64,000 nucleotides of DNA from Octopus vulgaris (lineage: Eukaryota): the NCBI GenBank assembly GCA_951406725.2, contig OX597818.1, positions 102,300,001 through 102,364,000 on the forward strand, written 5' to 3'. Both the position numbers and the translations under genes were made by a program. Shown one piece after another: positions 55,801 through 64,000 of this stretch (positions within the stretch are counted from its first letter, which is position 1; the number at the start of each line of letters is the position of its first letter). The notes beneath the pieces are model-generated. The model was not told the DNA's origin. It saw only the letters and a program-made list of their open reading frames with translations, and searched no databases.

Positions 55801-55957
55801 CATGACAGGCTTCTTTCTGTTTCCGTCTACCAAATATACTCATAAGGCATTGGTCGGCCCGAGGCTATAGCAGAAGACACTTGCTCAAGATGCCACGCAG
55901 TGGGACTCATCCCGGAACCATGTTGGTAAGCAAGCTACCACACAGTCACTCCTGCGC

Positions 55958-55959
<2 letters not shown>
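55554..55959 (-). mobile_element. SINE family C, full length with internal (TA)n/(CA)n
   Basis: Reverse complement of 14842-15292. Confidence 0.88.
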
Positions 55960-56020
<61 letters not shown>

Positions 56021-56034
56021 TATACATATACATA

Positions 56035-56250
56035 ATGTGACCGCGTGTGTACCGTTGGCGATTTTTTTCTCCTCTGTCTACCCTTCTCTGGATCTTTCCT
56101 TCTCCTATATTTCCGACGAAGAGCTCCGCTCGAAACGTTAAACCCTCCTTCTATCCTTCTTTCTTGAGCGTTCAATAATACTATATTTGTTCCACGTCCT
56201 CGCGTTGTTGCGTTTTTTTTGTGCTTCCATGTTTGGATTAACTTTAACTA
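56035..56250 (+). mobile_element. Penelope-like terminal-repeat fragment with hammerhead-like motif
   Basis: ccgacgaa-gagc-tcc-gctc-gaaacgtta at 56113-56140; homologous to 1165-1375. Confidence 0.55.
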
Positions 56251-56310
56251 CACACACACATATATATATATATGTATATGTATATTTCTAAGTATATATG
56301 TGTGTATATG

Positions 56311-56346
<36 letters not shown>

Positions 56347-57087
56347 CGTATGTGTGTGTGTGTGTGTTGTGTGTGTTTCGATTTCTAAATTGGTTTCATT
56401 AGCGGTCGTTGATCATGGTTCCCAACTGCTATCATGTAAAAGGAAAACCGCGCTAAGATTCAGATACCTGCTACAGCTGTAAGAAACATTATACATTCTG
56501 GTAATTAGAAGTAAAGAATATTTCCTTGTAAAATTTAAGCGAATATAAATTTCAAGTTCTTTATTTGTCAGCTATTCAATATATATGCATCTATTTACAC
56601 AATACACATGATTATGAATAAAACCAATTTAAATTCTAATACGCTCTATATGCAATTTATTTCGCATATTTTAAACTAGAAAATATCTAATCAGCATATA
56701 TTGGCTACTTGCTACAACTACTTGCTGAAACGTTTTCCCTATACGTGATTAAAATTGTCTTTTCTCGATTACTTCATTATGTATATAAAGACAGGAGATA
56801 TTAAATCATCTGCGGAAGAGAGAATAGAATGAAGAGGGAGATTACTCAAACACGATTCAATTAAGCCAAGGGAGATGGTGATATATACATACATACATAT
56901 AAACATATCTATCTATCTATATACATATACACACACACATATATATATATGTATATACATACACACAGACTTATATATATATATATATATATATATGGAC
57001 ATACATATATACACACACATATGTGTATATATATATATATATGTATATTTGTCTGTATATATTATTATATATGTATATATATGTATG

Positions 57088-57130
<43 letters not shown>

Positions 57131-57178
57131 GATATTTACAGAACAAAAAAAGAAGACAAGTGTATGAACAACAAGCAG

Positions 57179-57223
<45 letters not shown>

Positions 57224-57768
57224 AACACACAGATATCTATATGTGTGTGTGTGTGTATGTATGTATGTATACATATCTTCTTTATATTCACTCCACGATT
57301 AGTATAGCTGAGATATGTGGATTATAATATTAATTAAGCAAATTTGTCCTCTCCTAAATGGCTTCATCTTAATCCTATCCTTCTCTCACTTACACAACGG
57401 AAGGTAAAGCTCATAATACACATAGATTTACATATGCCAGTGCATATGTGTATGTGAGTGTGTGAATATGTGTTTCTCTTTGTGTGTGTTGCGTGCGTGT
57501 ATGTGTGAGTGTGTCTGTATGTGTAAGAGTAAATTATATGCCAAAATCTTTATTACCTTACAGATGTTTCTGCTGTAGGCTTCCATCCACACCTGTGTAA
57601 GTTGATGGAATTCTTGACATACTGTCGTCCTCTTTGTCACATATTTAATTTCTGAGACTTGCTCTGTACCCAAACTGCTTTCTGTATGTATGTATGTATG
57701 TATGTATGTATGTATGTATGTATGTATGTATGTATGTACGTATGTATGTATGCATATGTGTATGCGTG

Positions 57769-57815
<47 letters not shown>

Positions 57816-57856
57816 ATATATATATATATTTATATGTATATCTATATATATATTTG

Positions 57857-57896
<40 letters not shown>

Positions 57897-58185
57897 GACA
57901 CATATATGTGTGTGTCTATATATATATGTATATATATATATATGACAGTGTGTGCGCGTGTGTATTTGTGTGTGTGTGTATGAATGCTCACACACTCACA
58001 CAATCATCAACACATATGTATGAATCGCCTCTATAATCTGTAATCCGTTATCTACCATTCCTGTTACAACAATTATATCTTAAATATATTTTATTTTTAA
58101 ATCCATTTTTTTATTTCTCAGCATATGTGTTAGTTTGGATATTCTTATCAAATATTTATAACAGTACATACAAACATACATACAT

Positions 58186-58271
<86 letters not shown>

Positions 58272-61200
58272 TTGGAAAAGAATATGTGTCGTTCGGTCAT
58301 ATAATATATATATATATATATACATACCTATATTTAAATATCTACATATATATGTATATATACATGCATATATGGGTACAGATACAGAACATCAAAAAGA
58401 AAAACGTTGAAAGCAATTAGAAACGAAAGCATAAAAACAAAAACATAGAGAATGAACTTTTTTCGAACAACAAAAAACAAACAAACACAGAAACGATATA
58501 TGCGACATAAAGAATATTCCCTTTCATCAGTTGTCCCTGTTTTAACTACTCCACGTTCGGAGTAGGTGAAATGGAGACTACCTACTATATATGTAGGTAT
58601 GTACATATATGTATGCATATATGCATATATTTATATATTATTTATATTATTATACATGTATATATACATACTCCACAACGTAAGATAAACTTGTGATCAA
58701 GCATATTTAGTCAACCGTCGATTCTTACGATCCTTCCGCCATTGCTTTTGTTCCCATATCTGCACACACACACACAAAAGCAAACAAAAATTGAGAAACA
58801 CTGATATACAAAACCAAATATGGTTCGACTTACCTTTGTTAGTAGTTCATTAGATGCATGTGACATATGTGGGTTACAATATACAGCATTTGTCACTGTG
58901 TGTGCGAGCGTGTGAATGTTTATGTGGGCGTGGATGTGTTTGCATACGTCTGTTTGTGATCGTGTGTATGTGTTAGAGATTGTGCGCTTGTGCGTGTGCG
59001 TAAGCTTGTGGGTACTCTATGTCTGTGCAATGTGTGTGTGCGTTTGTGTGTATGTGTATTCATTGTGCTTCAGTGGATATTTTAAAGAGGGAGTGATCAT
59101 TTTATTTTGGTACGTAGTGGAATGAGGGCCCGGTGACGCATGCATTTCGCGCTGTATGAGCCTAACCAAAATACACTCACAGTGTGAATTGCGTTGCGCA
59201 TCGGGCGGAAGCTGTGAGGAATTAATTTCTAGCGTTCGAGTCTACTTTCACAGAAATGTTCCGTGAACAGGGGAACCAAATGGAGTTAGTTGTGACTAGT
59301 ATACAATATTTAAGCTTTAAGGAAACAAATGTCGCTTGTGGGCCTTGACTCCTGGGATGCAACTGTTGATTCGCTCTAGTAAGCAAATGAGGAATGGATG
59401 TTTCACAGTGAGATCTGGATAGTTGATGGAAAGACAAAGAGAGAGAAAGGGGAGAGATTATACGTGAGAGAAGAGAGAGATAGAGGGAAAGAACAGATGA
59501 GCAATATAAAAACATGACTGAGGTTTCCTAGAGGAGTGTAGTCATATTGAGAAATGAAAAGGAGGTGTTTGCCAACGAGAAGTTTGTATTGATCTGTTTG
59601 CCTGAGAAAGATAGTGTTGCCATTTCCCAGGAACATAGCTCTGAAACTCATACTAGGTTGTGTGATGCTTTATTTGAGCCGGAAAACAGGTCGGCATTGC
59701 TGGAATCGATTTGGTTTTAATGTTATTTCCAGTTAAATGTTGTTAGATCACGCTTACGAAATAGTAGAAGTTTAATATGGGTAATTCTTCAGCTAAGCAC
59801 AGAATAGGCCATCAGATGATTTGATGCTTGTGGAAGTATACTTACAAAAAGAGTTCATCATTATGGAGTACAACGGTGTAGAGGGATTAAATACCTATAA
59901 TGAAAATGGTCATTTAAGGGTTAGAAATTAAATATCCGTGTAGAATTGTTGAAGTACATGTTTGCAACTTTGATGTGCGACAAGAGTGACACAACTACCA
60001 GTAACATGATGTTGTAATATGAGGCACTTTTATATCGAATTTTTGTGCAATTTAAGTTGCTGCAAGGGGCGTTCAAGCTAACATTTTGATGAGTCTTGGT
60101 GAGGTGAGGGCTACTAAAAATGCAGGTTGTGTGAACAGTAATGTAGGGAAGAGGATGTAAGCGCCGCAGATATTAGAAGACACATACTCTTTGAAGATGT
60201 GCGTGGGAAGATTATGAGGCGGAGGTTGTTAGAGATCAGTGTTATGAATATATCATGTAACGGTTAGTGTGCTCTACTATTTAACCTCCGTAATTCTCAA
60301 GCAGTTTATAGTACCACCTTTTGGACCTAAAATGTTACATCTGACTTGAAGACTTCATTTTGTGAGTTAAATTGTCTCACTAACATATTACATGCCTAAA
60401 CGGATAAGTCTACGTTGCCGAACTCTCAAGCGATGCCTTCCAGTCTGATGGTATTTTGAGACATTAGGAGTATACCGCCAGCTCTTGTGCAGCCCTGTAA
60501 GTCCTAGCCGACATTGTAGTTTTGAGATTCAACGTAGTAATATGTTAGAGGCATGAAACTGCGTTTCCTATAGAAACGTGATTGTTCATTTACGAAAGGT
60601 AGGCGATCACATGATAGATATTAGCCCAAAGGTATGTGTTGGGTATTATGTAAATGTCTATGTCGTTGGCTGGTTTGTTGTCTTGGTGTTGTGTTCTGTG
60701 GTTGTGCACGAAGAGTGGTATTGTGAAGACTGTTAGGCTAATGGGTTAGTGATTTACAGAAGAAGTGGAAATTCCTGGAACATTGAAGAAGAGCCATCAA
60801 ACTATATATGGTCAGAGGACAATGTCGACGATAGTGTGTCGATATGCTGAGTGTTTACGAAGAGAATTTTGAATGGTAGGAAGATTTAACAGAGGATATA
60901 ACTGTGTATATTATGCTACATGTAGTTACATGGTGCACATATGGGTAAAAGTTACGCCACAGAGTTCTATTTCCATGTGCTCACGTTCATTTGAGTGTCA
61001 AGCATTTATGTATGTACATGTGTGTGTTCGCGTATGTGTTCATATATATGAGACAAATGTTGGTTAATTGTATGTTTTATTTCAGTGCAATCGTGCGGGG
61101 ACGCATAAAATACTGTCTGAATTTCGTTTACAATAAAAGAAAGACTGGTCTGATTGGATTCTTCCCGGTAAATGAAAGACTATGATTATTTCAAATTTGC

Positions 61201-61388
61201 AACGCCCAGGAGAAAGTGGACGCTTGATAGGTTGGTCTGAAGCACTTAACACCGACATCTCAGAATGGATGCCAAGCAATAAATAAAACAATAAAAATCT
61301 CTGTCTCTCTGTCTATCTATCAATCTACCTATCTATTTGTCCGTTTGTGTTCGTATGTGTATTTATTCCTGTGTGTATGTATACACAC

Positions 61389-61434
<46 letters not shown>

Positions 61435-61472
61435 GTATATATATATATATGTGTGTGTGTGTGTAAGAAAAA

Positions 61473-61775
61473 GAAGCACTCCGTCGGTTGCGTCCTCGAG
61501 GGTCCCAGCTGATACGATCAACGGAACAGCTTTGCTTGTGAAATTAACGTGTAAGTTGCTGAGCACTCCATAAACACGTGTACCCTTAACGCACTTCTCG
61601 GAGAGATTCAGCGTGACACATTATGTGACAAGGCTGGTCCTTTCAAATACAGGTACTACTCATTTTTGCCAGCTGAGTTGATTGGAGCAACGTGAAATAT
61701 GGTGTCCTGCACGAGGACACAAGGCGCCTTACGACCATTAGCCGAATGCCCCTAACCTTTAAGCCACGCGCCTTC
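61473..61775 (-). mobile_element. Chimeric SINE: CORE-like (family-D) middle plus family-B tail; B box deleted
   Basis: 61473-61655 matches the B tail; actcatttttgccagctgag...ggagcaacgtgaaat matches the reverse complement of 4920-4962. Confidence 0.8.
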
Positions 61776-61835
61776 ACTATATATATTTATGTGTGTGTGT
61801 GTGTGTGTTTGTGCATATATATGTACATATATATG

Positions 61836-61890
<55 letters not shown>

Positions 61891-62280
61891 GCATATATGT
61901 ATATACACACATACACACACATACACCTACTCACACACACACGCGCGCGCGCGCGCACACACACACATATATATATATACATATATAAACACATGCGTTA
62001 ATAGTTGTAAATATCAGGGTGAATGTGAATGATTATTGGAAACGCATATATCCACAGTTTGTTCAAGTCCAATCTTGAAAGGTTATTAACGAAATAAATA
62101 TTTTAATTATTTTCTGGTTTTTGCACGTCATTTCAAAATTTCTAGTACATTGACTCCACATTTGTATCGAAAAAGAAACTGTACATGCCCACTTACCTAC
62201 CATATATAATTATGTATGCTTCGATATGTACACATATGAGTATGTTTCTGTATGCATATGCATATATATCCGTTGTATGC

Positions 62281-62548
<268 letters not shown>

Positions 62549-62869
62549 AGTATTTAAGGTATAATCTGCGTATATTCCACTGACGAATCAAACTATATTT
62601 CTATGCATCCCTCGAAATCTAGATCTGGAATCAACCAATAATTTTTTCCTAGTTTATATTGTCACTTTGTCTTTCCTCCTCATGTTGTATGAATATTTGA
62701 TGTGATTTTATAGTCAAGCTTTGACTACTATGTCTAGCATGGTACTATCTTAGAGATACCCTTAATTATAATTTAAGTAATGATTATTGCCTATAAGATT
62801 TTTATTCTCGTGCTAGCCACATGATATAATCGGTTCTTACTTTTTTACTATAACGATCTGATCCTTATT

Positions 62870-63204
62870 CATATATATATATATATCTATATATATATAC
62901 GTATAAGTGTATATGTACATATCTACATATATATTTATATATATATATGTATATGAACATACACACACGCACACATACACACACATATATATATATATAT
63001 ATATATTTATACATATATATACATATATATATATTTATATTTATACATATATGTATATGTATATATATATATATGATAAATATATATGTATATATTTATA
63101 TATACGTATATGTATATATATTGATAAATATATATATATATATATTTATATATACATATATGTATATATATATAAATATATACATACATATGTATATACA
63201 TATC

Positions 63205-63261
<57 letters not shown>

Positions 63262-63262
63262 C
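62870..63262. repeat. Degenerate (TA)n/(CA)n/(TG)n compound array
   Basis: Direct inspection. Confidence 0.9.
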
Positions 63263-64000
63263 TGTATGGGTTTATATATGTATGCATGTATATAAAACAT
63301 GTATAAAGCGTAAACAACATAAATAACCTGCAGCTGTAGCGTTGAAAATATTCACAAATGGAAATTTATTTTTTGATATATCCATTAAAACATATTGACA
63401 TAATTTTCAATTAAGGTTAACAACCTGTGTTATGCAAAGAAGAGTAAGTAAAAAATTGATTATCGCCCGTGGGAAAGCAGCAGTGCAGACTGTAGCTTTG
63501 TAGTAGTATTGGAACATAAGACTTGGATTCCTTCATGTGGGTGGCATGTGAATATCCAGTAAACAGTTTTATTGAACACACACACACACATTGTTGAAGT
63601 ATGTACATACTTTCTTATACCTTAATTCAAATATATACACGTATACCTAATCAAACGCATATTTAGCTACACACACAGGCACATAGCTTATGATGGAGGT
63701 ATGCTGGATTGTTGGTTTGACTGTGGAATAATAAATTTATGAAAAAATTCGCAGTAGTATTAGGAAATGAAAAAGAAACCCAACTCGAAATTAGAGCGTT
63801 ACTTCTGCCTCACTCTGTATAGAAAATTTTTAACAGAGCCTAATGTGAATTTAAGCCAAGTTAGCCTGAAGCCTGGAGGTTGACGTTTGTTGGTTCTGTT
63901 TGTGTCACTCAATAGGGAATTATTGTTTGGGAGACTTTAACTCTATGTAAGGCGTATGCTTAACTTTAGAAAGTATATTTTTCGTTGGCCGGTTTTCTAA

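Noticed and set aside
58505-58580. Hammerhead on the minus strand (ctgatga next to hairpin ctactcc/ggagtag)
   Set aside because: No GAAA after the putative stem II and elements are in the wrong order

Overview
AT-rich eukaryotic (animal) non-genic DNA, dense with microsatellites. The SINE families, (TA)n/(TATG)n/(GATA)n/(AAT)n arrays and TE mix look most like an octopod cephalopod (Octopus); this is recall, not a search. I found no intact protein-coding gene: nearly all ORF-track entries are microsatellite read-throughs (YIYI/VCVC/THTH). The window contains: (i) about 20 tRNA-derived SINE copies from at least 5 families, several with target-site duplications, some in tandem multimers or with swapped modules; (ii) Tc1/mariner relics (a full-length dead Tc1, two copies of one internally deleted mariner, a fold-back mariner, a DD37D fragment); (iii) two non-autonomous Helitrons; (iv) RTE and R4/Dong-like LINE fragments, the latter inside (AAT)n; and (v) short elements embedded in (TA)n that repeatedly form inverted repeats. 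The best of these (54891-55306) is a near-perfect 203-bp-arm palindrome with a minimal hammerhead-ribozyme motif in each arm, pointing to a Penelope-like, (TA)n-targeting, ribozyme-bearing system. A few candidate splice-site pairs are reported at low confidence. All coordinates were read by eye.
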